From contig NEEC01000182.1 of the NCBI GenBank assembly GCA_002189035.1, positions 1 to 33,680 of the forward strand: DNA of 33,680 nucleotides, read 5' to 3'. A program made the translations under genes and the position numbers. Of this stretch, positions 11,701-24,700 are shown one piece after another; position 1 is the stretch's first letter, and each line of letters begins with the position of its first letter. The notes under the pieces are model-generated. The model saw nothing but the letters and a program-made list of their open reading frames with translations, made no database searches and had not been told where the DNA came from. Source of the stretch: Utricularia gibba. Taxonomy: Eukaryota > Plantae > Magnoliophyta.

Positions 11701-14700
11701 CAAGCTATTGCTTGACAAACCATGTGGGCAGCCGCCGACAACCCAACGTTAATAAATGCATCACTTCTTTTGCCGGGCTACAGCTGACTTGGGCTCAAGC
11801 CCGACCCGAATCCGGCCCGATCTCGGTGACCCACAAAAGCGCCTTGTCAAGTGTAAAGCATGCTGTTGAAAAAACCATTTGGGGTGGTCATGAGATCCTA
11901 ACTTCAATAAAGGTGTCACGATTTTCGTCGAATGGGATCGGATTGTGCTGTGAAGTCAGACCGAACCTTGGGTCCGGACGAAGTTCCCAACAACAGCACC
12001 CGCAAAAAAACGACAACTTTTCCTCGAAAAAAGCATGTAGGCAGCCGCCGAAAACCCAACGTTAATAAATGCATCACTTTTTTGGCCGGGCTACAAATGA
12101 CTATGGGCCAGAGCGCGACTCGACCATTTGCTCGATACTAGTGCCAGCCTAGAGCGCCTCCTCAAATATAAATCAGGTTGTTGAGAAAACCATTTGGGGT
12201 GCTCATGACATCCTAACTTCAAAAAATGCATCACGATTTTCATCGAGTAGCACCCGATTGGGCTCAGGAGCCAGACCGAACCTTGGGCCCTTACAAAGCT
12301 GCCAACGACAGCACCCGCCTTAAAATGGCAAGCTATTGCTTGAAAAACCATTCAGGCAGCCGCCGAAAACCCAACGTTGATAAATGCATCACTTATTTTC
12401 CGGGCTACAACTGACTATGGGCCATAGCCCGACCCGACCTCTGGCCCAATCCCGAAACCCCCCAAGAGCGCCTTCTGAAATATAAAGTAGAGTGTTGAGA
12501 AAACCCGTTGGGGTTCTCATGACATCCTAACTAAAGCAAATGCATTACGATTTCGTCGAGTACGACCCGATTGGGCTTAGTAGCCAGACCGAATCTCGGG
12601 CCCTGACAAAGCTCCCAACTACAGCACCCACCTTAAAACGGCAAGCTGTTGCTTGAAAAACCATTTAGGCAGCCGCCGAAAACCCATCGTTGATAAATGC
12701 ATCACTTATTTTCCGGGCTACAACTGACTATTGGCCTGAGCCCGACCCGACCTCTGGCCCAATCCCGAAACCCTCCGAGGGCGCCTTCTCAAATATATAG
12801 CAGAGTGTTGAGAAAACCCATTGGGGTTCTCATGACATCCTAACTACATCAAATGCGTTACGATTTTCGTCGAGTGCGACCCGATTGGGCTTAGTAGCCA
12901 GACCGAATCTCGGGCCGGACAAAGCTCCCAACGACAGCACCCGACTTTAAATGGCAAGCTATTGCTTGACAAACCATGTGGGCAGCCGCCGACAACCCAA
13001 CGTTAATAAATGCATCACTTCTTTTGCCGGGCTACAGCTGACTTGGGCTCAAGCCCGACCCGAATCCGGCCCGATCTCGGTGACCCACAAAAGCGCCTTG
13101 TCAAGTGTAAAGCATGCTGTTGAAAAAACCATTTGGGGTGGTCATGAGATCCTAACTTCAATAAAGGTGTCACGATTTTCGTCGAATGGGATCGGATTGT
13201 GCTGTGAAGTCAGACCGAACCTTGGGTCCGGACGAAGTTCCCAACAACAGCACCCGCAAAAAAACGACAACTTTTCCTCGAAAAAAGCATGTAGGCAGCC
13301 GCCGAAAACCCAACGTTAATAAATGCATCACTTTTTTGGCCGGGCTACAAATGACTATGGGCCAGAGCGCGACTCGACCATTTGCTCGATACTAGTGCCA
13401 GCCTAGAGCGCCTCCTCAAATATAAATCAGGTTGTTGAGAAAACCATTTGGGGTGCTCATGACATCCTAACTTCAAAAAATGCATCACGATTTTCATCGA
13501 GTAGCACCCGATTGGGCTCAGGAGCCAGACCGAACCTTGGGCCCTTACAAAGCTGCCAACGACAGCACCCGCCTTAAAATGGCAAGCTATTGCTTGAAAA
13601 ACCATTCAGGCAGCCGCCGAAAACCCAACGTTGATAAATGCATCACTTATTTTCCGGGCTACAACTGACTATGGGCCATAGCCCGACCCGACCTCTGGCC
13701 CAATCCCGAAACCCCCCAAGAGCGCCTTCTGAAATATAAAGTAGAGTGTTGAGAAAACCCGTTGGGGTTCTCATGACATCCTAACTAAAGCAAATGCATT
13801 ACGATTTCGTCGAGTACGACCCGATTGGGCTTAGTAGCCAGACCGAATCTCGGGCCCTGACAAAGCTCCCAACTACAGCACCCACCTTAAAACGGCAAGC
13901 TGTTGCTTGAAAAACCATTTAGGCAGCCGCCGAAAACCCATCGTTGATAAATGCATCACTTATTTTCCGGGCTACAACTGACTATTGGCCTGAGCCCGAC
14001 CCGACCTCTGGCCCAATCCCGAAACCCTCCGAGGGCGCCTTCTCAAATATATAGCAGAGTGTTGAGAAAACCCATTGGGGTTCTCATGACATCCTAACTA
14101 CATCAAATGCGTTACGATTTTCGTCGAGTGCGACCCGATTGGGCTTAGTAGCCAGACCGAATCTCGGGCCGGACAAAGCTCCCAACGACAGCACCCGACT
14201 TTAAATGGCAAGCTATTGCTTGAAAACCATGTGGGCAGCCGCCGACAACCCAACGTTAATAAATGCATCACTTCTTTTGCCGGGCTACAGCTGACTTGGG
14301 CTCAAGCCCGACCCGAATCCGGCCCGATCTCGGTGACCCACAAAAGCGCCTTGTCAAGTGTAAAGCATGCTGTTGAAAAAACCATTTGGGGTGGTCATGA
14401 GATCCTAACTTCAATAAAGGTGTCACGATTTTCGTCGAATGGGATCGGATTGTGCTGTGAAGTCAGACCGAACCTTGGGTCCGGACGAAGTTCCCAACAA
14501 CAGCACCCGCAAAAAAACGACAACTTTTCCTCGAAAAAAGCATGTAGGCAGCCGCCGAAAACCCAACGTTAATAAATGCATCACTTTTTTGGCCGGGCTA
14601 CAAATGACTATGGGCCAGAGCGCGACTCGACCATTTGCTCGATACTAGTGCCAGCCTAGAGCGCCTCCTCAAATATAAATCAGGTTGTTGAGAAAACCAT

Positions 14701-17700
14701 TTGGGGTGCTCATGACATCCTAACTTCAAAAAATGCATCACGATTTTCATCGAGTAGCACCCGATTGGGCTCAGGAGCCAGACCGAACCTTGGGCCCTTA
14801 CAAAGCTGCCAACGACAGCACCCGCCTTAAAATGGCAAGCTATTGCTTGAAAAACCATTCAGGCAGCCGCCGAAAACCCAACGTTGATAAATGCATCACT
14901 TATTTTCCGGGCTACAACTGACTATGGGCCATAGCCCGACCCGACCTCTGGCCCAATCCCGAAACCCCCAAGAGCGCCTTCTGAAATATAAAGTAGAGTG
15001 TTGAGAAAACCCGTTGGGGTTCTCATGACATCCTAACTAAAGCAAATGCATTACGATTTCGTCGAGTACGACCCGATTGGGCTTAGTAGCCAGACCGAAT
15101 CTCGGGCCCTGACAAAGCTCCCAACTACAGCACCCACCTTAAAACGGCAAGCTGTTGCTTGAAAAACCATTTAGGCAGCCGCCGAAAACCCATCGTTGAT
15201 AAATGCATCACTTATTTTCCGGGCTACAACTGACTATTGGCCTGAGCCCGACCCGACCTCTGGCCCAATCCCGAAACCCTCCGAGGGCGCCTTCTCAAAT
15301 ATATAGCAGAGTGTTGAGAAAACCCATTGGGGTTCTCATGACATCCTAACTACATCAAATGCGTTACGATTTTCGTCGAGTGCGACCCGATTGGGCTTAG
15401 TAGCCAGACCGAATCTCGGGCCGGACAAAGCTCCCAACGACAGCACCCGACTTTAAATGGCAAGCTATTGCTTGACAAACCATGTGGGCAGCCGCCGACA
15501 ACCCAACGTTAATAAATGCATCACTTCTTTTGCCGGGCTACAGCTGACTTGGGCTCAAGCCCGACCCGAATCCGGCCCGATCTCGGTGACCCACAAAAGC
15601 GCCTTGTCAAGTGTAAAGCATGCTGTTGAAAAAACCATTTGGGGTGGTCATGAGATCCTAACTTCAATAAAGGTGTCACGATTTTCGTCGAATGGGATCG
15701 GATTGTGCTGTGAAGTCAGACCGAACCTTGGGTCCGGACGAAGTTCCCAACAACAGCACCCGCAAAAAAACGACAACTTTTCCTCGAAAAAAGCATGTAG
15801 GCAGCCGCCGAAAACCCAACGTTAATAAATGCATCACTTTTTTGGCCGGGCTACAAATGACTATGGGCCAGAGCGCGACTCGACCATTTGCTCGATACTA
15901 GTGCCAGCCTAGAGCGCCTCCTCAAATATAAATCAGGTTGTTGAGAAAACCATTTGGGGTGCTCATGACATCCTAACTTCAAAAAATGCATCACGATTTT
16001 CATCGAGTAGCACCCGATTGGGCTCAGGAGCCAGACCGAACCTTGGGCCCTTACAAAGCTGCCAACGACAGCACCCGCCTTAAAATGGCAAGCTATTGCT
16101 TGAAAAACCATTCAGGCAGCCGCCGAAAACCCAACGTTGATAAATGCATCACTTATTTTCCGGGCTACAACTGACTATGGGCCATAGCCCGACCCGACCT
16201 CTGGCCCAATCCCGAAACCCCCCAAGAGCGCCTTCTGAAATATAAAGTAGAGTGTTGAGAAAACCCGTTGGGGTTCTCATGACATCCTAACTAAAGCAAA
16301 TGCATTACGATTTCGTCGAGTACGACCCGATTGGGCTTAGTAGCCAGACCGAATCTCGGGCCCTGACAAAGCTCCCAACTACAGCACCCACCTTAAAACG
16401 GCAAGCTGTTGCTTGAAAAACCATTTAGGCAGCCGCCGAAAACCCATCGTTGATAAATGCATCACTTATTTTCCGGGCTACAACTGACTATTGGCCTGAG
16501 CCCGACCCGACCTCTGGCCCAATCCCGAAACCCTCCGAGGGCGCCTTCTCAAATATATAGCAGAGTGTTGAGAAAACCCATTGGGGTTCTCATGACATCC
16601 TAACTACATCAAATGCGTTACGATTTTCGTCGAGTGCGACCCGATTGGGCTTAGTAGCCAGACCGAATCTCGGGCCGGACAAAGCTCCCAACGACAGCAC
16701 CCGCCTTTAAATGGCAAGCTGTTGCTTGAAAAACCATGTGGGCAGCCGCCGACAACCCAACGTTAATAAATGCATCACTTCTTTTGCCGGGCTACAGCTG
16801 ACTTGGGCTCAAGCCCGACCCGAATCCGGCCCGATCTCGGTGACCCACAAAAGCGCCTTGTCAAGTGTAAAGCATGCTGTTGAAAAAACCATTTGGGGTG
16901 GTCATGAGATCCTAACTTCAATAAAGGTGTCACGATTTTCGTCGAATGGGATCGGATTGTGCTGTGAAGTCAGACCGAACCTTGGGTCCGGACGAAGTTC
17001 CCAACAACAGCACCCGCAAAAAAACGACAACTTTTCCTCGAAAAAAGCATGTAGGCAGCCGCCGAAAACCCAACGTTAATAAATGCATCACTTTTTTGGC
17101 CGGGCTACAAATGACTATGGGCCAGAGCGCGACTCGACCATTTGCTCGATACTAGTGCCAGCCTAGAGCGCCTCCTCAAATATAAATCAGGTTGTTGAGA
17201 AAACCATTTGGGGTGCTCATGACATCCTAACTTCAAAAAATGCATCACGATTTTCATCGAGTAGCACCCGATTGGGCTCAGGAGCCAGACCGAACCTTGG
17301 GCCCTTACAAAGCTGCCAACGACAGCACCCGCCTTAAAATGGCAAGCTATTGCTTGAAAAACCATTCAGGCAGCCGCCGAAAACCCAACGTTGATAAATG
17401 CATCACTTATTTTCCGGGCTACAACTGACTATGGGCCATAGCCCGACCCGACCTCTGGCCCAATCCCGAAACCCCCCAAGAGCGCCTTCTGAAATATAAA
17501 GTAGAGTGTTGAGAAAACCCGTTGGGGTTCTCATGACATCCTAACTAAAGCAAATGCATTACGATTTCGTCGAGTACGACCCGATTGGGCTTAGTAGCCA
17601 GACCGAATCTCGGGCCCTGACAAAGCTCCCAACTACAGCACCCACCTTAAAACGGCAAGCTGTTGCTTGAAAAACCATTTAGGCAGCCGCCGAAAACCCA

Positions 17701-17821
17701 TCGTTGATAAATGCATCACTTATTTTCCGGGCTACAACTGACTATTGGCCTGAGCCCGACCCGACCTCTGGCCCAATCCCGAAACCCTCCGAGGGCGCCT
17801 TCTCAAATATATAGCAGAGTG

Positions 17822-18762
17822 TTGAGAAAACCCATTGGGGTTCTCATGACATCCTAACTACATCAAATGCGTTACGATTTTCGTCGAGTGCGACCCGATT
17901 GGGCTTAGTAGCCAGACCGAATCTCGGGCCGGACAAAGCTCCCAACGACAGCACCCGACTTTAAATGGCAAGCTATTGCTTGACAAACCATGTGGGCAGC
18001 CGCCGACAACCCAACGTTAATAAATGCATCACTTCTTTTGCCGGGCTACAGCTGACTATGGGCTCAAGCCCGACCCGAATCCGGCCCGATCTCGGTGACC
18101 CACAAAAGCGCCTTGTCAAGTGTAAAGCATGCTGTTGAAAAAACCATTTGGGGTGGTCATGAGATCCTAACTTCAATAAAGGTGTCACGATTTTCGTCGA
18201 ATGGGATCGGATTGTGCTGTGAAGTCAGACCGAACCTTGGGTCCGGACGAAGTTCCCAACAACAGCACCCGCAAAAAAACGACAACTTTTCCTCGAAAAA
18301 AGCATGTAGGCAGCCGCCGAAAACCCAACGTTAATAAATGCATCACTTTTTTGGCCGGGCTACAAATGACTATGGGCCAGAGCGCGACTCGACCATTTGC
18401 TCGATACTAGTGCCAGCCTAGAGCGCCTCCTCAAATATAAATCAGGTTGTTGAGAAAACCATTTGGGGTGCTCATGACATCCTAACTTCAAAAAATGCAT
18501 CACGATTTTCATCGAGTAGCACCCGATTGGGCTCAGGAGCCAGACCGAACCTTGGGCCCTTACAAAGCTGCCAACGACAGCACCCGCCTTAAAATGGCAA
18601 GCTATTGCTTGAAAAACCATTCAGGCAGCCGCCGAAAACCCAACGTTGATAAATGCATCACTTATTTTCCGGGCTACAACTGACTATGGGCCATAGCCCG
18701 ACCCGACCTCTGGCCCAATCCCGAAACCCCCCAAGAGCGCCTTCTCAAATATAAGCAGAGTG
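17822..18762. repeat. Truncated HOR variant A-B-C lacking monomer D (941 bp)
   Basis: The C tail CCCCCCAAGAGCGCCTTCT joins directly to the D-type end CAAATATAAGCAGAGTG and then to monomer A at 18763. Confidence 0.92.
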
Positions 18763-21120
18763 TTGAGAAAACCCATTGGGGTTCTCATGACATCCTAACT
18801 ACAGCAAATGCGTTACGATTTTCGTCGAGTGCGACCCGATTGGGCTTAGTAGCCAGACCGAATCTCGGGCCGGACAAAGCTCCCAACGACAGCACCCGCC
18901 TTTAAATGGCAAGCTATTGCTTGAAAACCATGTGGGCAGCCGCCGACAACCCAACGTTAATAAATGCATCACTTCTTTTGCCGGGCTACAGCTGACTTGG
19001 GCTCAAGCCCGACCCGAATCCGGCCCGATCTCGGTGACCCACAAAAGCGCCTTGTCAAGTGTAAAGCATGCTGTTGAAAAAACCATTTGGGGTGGTCATG
19101 AGATCCTAACTTCAATAAAGGTCACGATTTTCGTCGAATGGGATCGGATTGTGCTGTGAAGTCAGACCGAACCTTGGGTCCGGACGAAGTTCCCAACAAC
19201 AGCACCCGCAAAAAAACGACAACTTTTCCTCGAAAAAAGCATGTAGGCAGCCGCCGAAAACCCAACGTTAATAAATGCATCACTTTTTTGGCCGGGCTAC
19301 AAATGACTATGGGCCAGAGCGCGACTCGACCATTTGCTCGATACTAGTGCCAGCCTAGAGCGCCTCCTCAAATATAAATCAGGTTGTTGAGAAAACCATT
19401 TGGGGTGCTCATGACATCCTAACTTCAAAAAATGCATCACGATTTTCATCGAGTAGCACCCGATTGGGCTCAGGAGCCAGACCGAACCTTGGGCCCTTAC
19501 AAAGCTGCCAACGACAGCACCCGCCTTAAAATGGCAAGCTATTGCTTGAAAAACCATTCAGGCAGCCGCCGAAAACCCAACGTTGATAAATGCATCACTT
19601 ATTTTCCGGGCTACAACTGACTATGGGCCATAGCCCGACCCGACCTCTGGCCCAATCCCGAAACCCCCAAGAGCGCCTTCTGAAATATAAAGTAGAGTGT
19701 TGAGAAAACCCGTTGGGGTTCTCATGACATCCTAACTAAAGCAAATGCATTACGATTTCGTCGAGTACGACCCGATTGGGCTTAGTAGCCAGACCGAATC
19801 TCGGGCCCTGACAAAGCTCCCAACTACAGCACCCACCTTAAAACGGCAAGCTGTTGCTTGAAAAACCATTTAGGCAGCCGCCGAAAACCCATCGTTGATA
19901 AATGCATCACTTATTTTCCGGGCTACAACTGACTATTGGCCTGAGCCCGACCCGACCTCTGGCCCAATCCCGAAACCCTCCGAGGGCGCCTTCTCAAATA
20001 TATAGCAGAGTGTTGAGAAAACCCATTGGGGTTCTCATGACATCCTAACTACATCAAATGCGTTACGATTTTCGTCGAGTGCGACCCGATTGGGCTTAGT
20101 AGCCAGACCGAATCTCGGGCCGGACAAAGCTCCCAACGACAGCACCCGCCTTTAAATGGCAAGCTGTTGCTTGAAAAACCATGTGGGCAGCCGCCGACAA
20201 CCCAACGTTAATAAATGCATCACTTCTTTTGCCGGGCTACAGCTGACTTGGGCTCAAGCCCGACCCGAATCCGGCCCGATCTCGGTGACCCACAAAAGCG
20301 CCTTGTCAAGTGTAAAGCATGCTGTTGAAAAAACCATTTGGGGTGGTCATGAGATCCTAACTTCAATAAAGGTGTCACGATTTTCGTCGAATGGGATCGG
20401 ATTGTGCTGTGAAGTCAGACCGAACCTTGGGTCCGGACGAAGTTCCCAACAACAGCACCCGCAAAAAAACGACAACTTTTCCTCGAAAAAAGCATGTAGG
20501 CAGCCGCCGAAAACCCAACGTTAATAAATGCATCACTTTTTTGGCCGGGCTACAAATGACTATGGGCCAGAGCGCGACTCGACCATTTGCTCGATACTAG
20601 TGCCAGCCTAGAGCGCCTCCTCAAATATAAATCAGGTTGTTGAGAAAACCATTTGGGGTGCTCATGACATCCTAACTTCAAAAAATGCATCACGATTTTC
20701 ATCGAGTAGCACCCGATTGGGCTCAGGAGCCAGACCGAACCTTGGGCCCTTACAAAGCTGCCAACGACAGCACCCGCCTTAAAATGGCAAGCTATTGCTT
20801 GAAAAACCATTCAGGCAGCCGCCGAAAACCCAACGTTGATAAATGCATCACTTATTTTCCGGGCTACAACTGACTATGGGCCATAGCCCGACCCGACCTC
20901 TGGCCCAATCCCGAAACCCCCAAGAGCGCCTTCTGAAATATAAAGTAGAGTGTTGAGAAAACCCGTTGGGGTTCTCATGACATCCTAACTAAAGCAAATG
21001 CATTACGATTTCGTCGAGTACGACCCGATTGGGCTTAGTAGCCAGACCGAATCTCGGGCCCTGACAAAGCTCCCAACTACAGCACCCACCTTAAAACGGC
21101 AAGCTGTTGCTTGAAAAACC

Positions 21121-21730
21121 AAAGCCGCCGAAAACCCATCGTTGATAAATGCATCACTTATTTTCCGGGCTACAACTGACTATTGGCCTGAGCCCGACCC
21201 GAAATCCCGAAACCCTCCGAGGGCGCCTTCTCAAATATAAGCAGAGTGTTGAGAAAACCCATTGGGGTTCTCATGACATCCTAACTACATTTTACGATTT
21301 TCCGGGCTACAGACTGACTCCCAACGACAGCACCCGCCTTTAAATGGGCTCTTGAAGCCCGACCCGAATAAATGCATCGCCGGGCTACCTGACTCTCAAG
21401 CCCGACCCGAATCCGGCCCGATCCCACAAAAGCGCCTTGTCAAGTGTAAAGCATGCTGTTGAAAAAACCATTTGGGGTGGTCATGAGATCCTAACTTCAA
21501 TAAAGGTCACGATTTTCGTCGAATGGGATCGGATTGTGCTGTGAAGTCAGACCGATCCTTGGGTCCGGACGAAGTTCCCAACAACAGCACCCGCAAAAAA
21601 AACGAAAAAACCATTTGGGGTGGTCGTAGATCCTAAAACCCAACGTGTCACGATTTTCGTCGAATGGGATCGGATTGTGCTGTGAAGTCAGACCGAACCT
21701 TGGGTCCGGACGAAGTTCCCAACAACAGCA
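21121..21730. repeat. Scrambled satellite segment: deleted D2/A and duplicated B1 subunit
   Basis: Monomer A is shortened to ~210 bp (21249-21458) with words out of order. The B1 start GAAAAAACCATTTGGGGTGGTC occurs at 21461 and again at 21604. The C-to-C spacing here is 1272 bp. Confidence 0.88.
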
Positions 21731-24700
21731 CCGCAAAAAAACGACAACTTTTCCTCGAAAAAAGCATGTAGGCAGCCGCCGAAAACCCAACGTTAATAAA
21801 TGCATCACTTTTTTGGCCGGGCTACAAATGACTATGGGCCAGAGCGCGACTCGACCATTTGCTCGATACTAGTGCCAGCCTAGAGCGCCTCCTCAAATAT
21901 AAATCAGGTTGTTGAGAAAACCATTTGGGGTGCTCATGACATCCTAACTTCAAAAAATGCATCACGATTTTCATCGAGTAGCACCCGATTGGGCTCAGGA
22001 GCCAGACCGAACCTTGGGCCCTTACAAAGCTGCCAACGACAGCACCCGCCTTAAAATGGCAAGCTATTGCTTGAAAAACCATTCAGGCAGCCGCCGAAAA
22101 CCCAACGTTGATAAATGCATCACTTATTTTCCGGGCTACAACTGACTATGGGCCATAGCCCGACCCGACCTCTGGCCCAATCCCGAAACCCCCAAGAGCG
22201 CCTTCTGAAATATAAAGTAGAGTGTTGAGAAAACCCATTGGGGTTCTCATGACATCCTAACTAAAGCAAATGCATTACGATTTCGTCGAGTACGACCCGA
22301 TTGGGCTTAGTAGCCAGACCGAATCTCGGGCCCTGACAAAGCTCCCAACTACAGCACCCACCTTAAAACGGCAAGCTGTTGCTTGAAAAACCATTTAGGC
22401 AGCCGCCGAAAACCCATCGTTGATAAATGCATCACTTATTTTCCGGGCTACAACTGACTATTGGCCTGAGCCCGACCCGACCTCTGGCCCAATCCCGAAA
22501 CCCTCCGAGGGCGCCTTCTCAAATATATAGCAGAGTGTTGAGAAAACCCATTGGGGTTCTCATGACATCCTAACTACATCAAATGCGTTACGATTTTCGT
22601 CGAGTGCGACCCGATTGGGCTTAGTAGCCAGACCGAATCTCGGGCCGGACAAAGCTCCCAACGACAGCACCCGCCTTTAAATGGCAAGCTGTTGCTTGAA
22701 AAACCATGTGGGCAGCCGCCGACAACCCAACGTTAATAAATGCATCACTTCTTTTGCCGGGCTACAGCTGACTTGGGCTCAAGCCCGACCCGAATCCGGC
22801 CCGATCTCGGTGACCCACAAAAGCGCCTTGTCAAGTGTAAAGCATGCTGTTGAAAAAACCATTTGGGGTGGTCATGAGATCCTAACTTCAATAAAGGTGT
22901 CACGATTTCGTCGAATGGGATCGGATTGTGCTGTGAAGTCAGACCGAACCTTGGGTCCGGACGAAGTTCCCAACAACAGCACCCGCAAAAAAACGACAAC
23001 TTTTCCTCGAAAAAAGCATGTAGGCAGCCGCCGAAAACCCAACGTTAATAAATGCATCACTTTTTTGGCCGGGCTACAAATGACTATGGGCCAGAGCGCG
23101 ACTCGACCATTTGCTCGATACTAGTGCCAGCCTAGAGCGCCTCCTCAAATATAAATCAGGTTGTTGAGAAAACCATTTGGGGTGCTCATGACATCCTAAC
23201 TTCAAAAAATGCATCACGATTTTCATCGAGTAGCACCCGATTGGGCTCAGGAGCCAGACCGAACCTTGGGCCCTTACAAAGCTGCCAACGACAGCACCCG
23301 CCTTAAAATGGCAAGCTATTGCTTGAAAAACCATTCAGGCAGCCGCCGAAAACCCAACGTTGATAAATGCATCACTTATTTTCCGGGCTACAACTGACTA
23401 TGGGCCATAGCCCGACCCGACCTCTGGCCCAATCCCGAAACCCCCAAGAGCGCCTTCTGAAATATAAAGTAGAGTGTTGAGAAAACCCGTTGGGGTTCTC
23501 ATGACATCCTAACTAAAGCAAATGCATTACGATTTCGTCGAGTACGACCCGATTGGGCTTAGTAGCCAGACCGAATCTCGGGCCCTGACAAAGCTCCCAA
23601 CTACAGCACCCACCTTAAAACGGCAAGCTGTTGCTTGAAAAACCATTTAGGCAGCCGCCGAAAACCCATCGTTGATAAATGCATCACTTATTTTCCGGGC
23701 TACAACTGACTATTGGCCTGAGCCCGACCCGACCTCTGGCCCAATCCCGAAACCCTCCGAGGGCGCCTTCTCAAATATATAGCAGAGTGTTGAGAAAACC
23801 CATTGGGGTTCTCATGACATCCTAACTACATCAAATGCGTTACGATTTTCGTCGAGTGCGACCCGATTGGGCTTAGTAGCCAGACCGAATCTCGGGCCGG
23901 ACAAAGCTCCCAACGACAGCACCCGCCTTTAAATGGCAAGCTGTTGCTTGAAAAACCATGTGGGCAGCCGCCGACAACCCAACGTTAATAAATGCATCAC
24001 TTCTTTTGCCGGGCTACAGCTGACTTGGGCTCAAGCCCGACCCGAATCCGGCCCGATCTCGGTGACCCACAAAAGCGCCTTGTCAAGTGTAAAGCATGCT
24101 GTTGAAAAAACCATTTGGGGTGGTCATGAGATCCTAACTTCAATAAAGGTGTCACGATTTTCGTCGAATGGGATCGGATTGTGCTGTGAAGTCAGACCGA
24201 ACCTTGGGTCCGGACGAAGTTCCCAACAACAGCACCCGCAAAAAAACGACAACTTTTCCTCGAAAAAAGCATGTAGGCAGCCGCCGAAAACCCAACGTTA
24301 ATAAATGCATCACTTTTTTGGCCGGGCTACAAATGACTATGGGCCAGAGCGCGACTCGACCATTTGCTCGATACTAGTGCCAGCCTAGAGCGCCTCCTCA
24401 AATATAAATCAGGTTGTTGAGAAAACCATTTGGGGTGCTCATGACATCCTAACTTCAAAAAATGCATCACGATTTTCATCGAGTAGCACCCGATTGGGCT
24501 CAGGAGCCAGACCGAACCTTGGGCCCTTACAAAGCTGCCAACGACAGCACCCGCCTTAAAATGGCAAGCTATTGCTTGAAAAACCATTCAGGCAGCCGCC
24601 GAAAACCCAACGTTGATAAATGCATCACTTATTTTCCGGGCTACAACTGACTATGGGCCATAGCCCGACCCGACCTCTGGCCCAATCCCGAAACCCCCCA

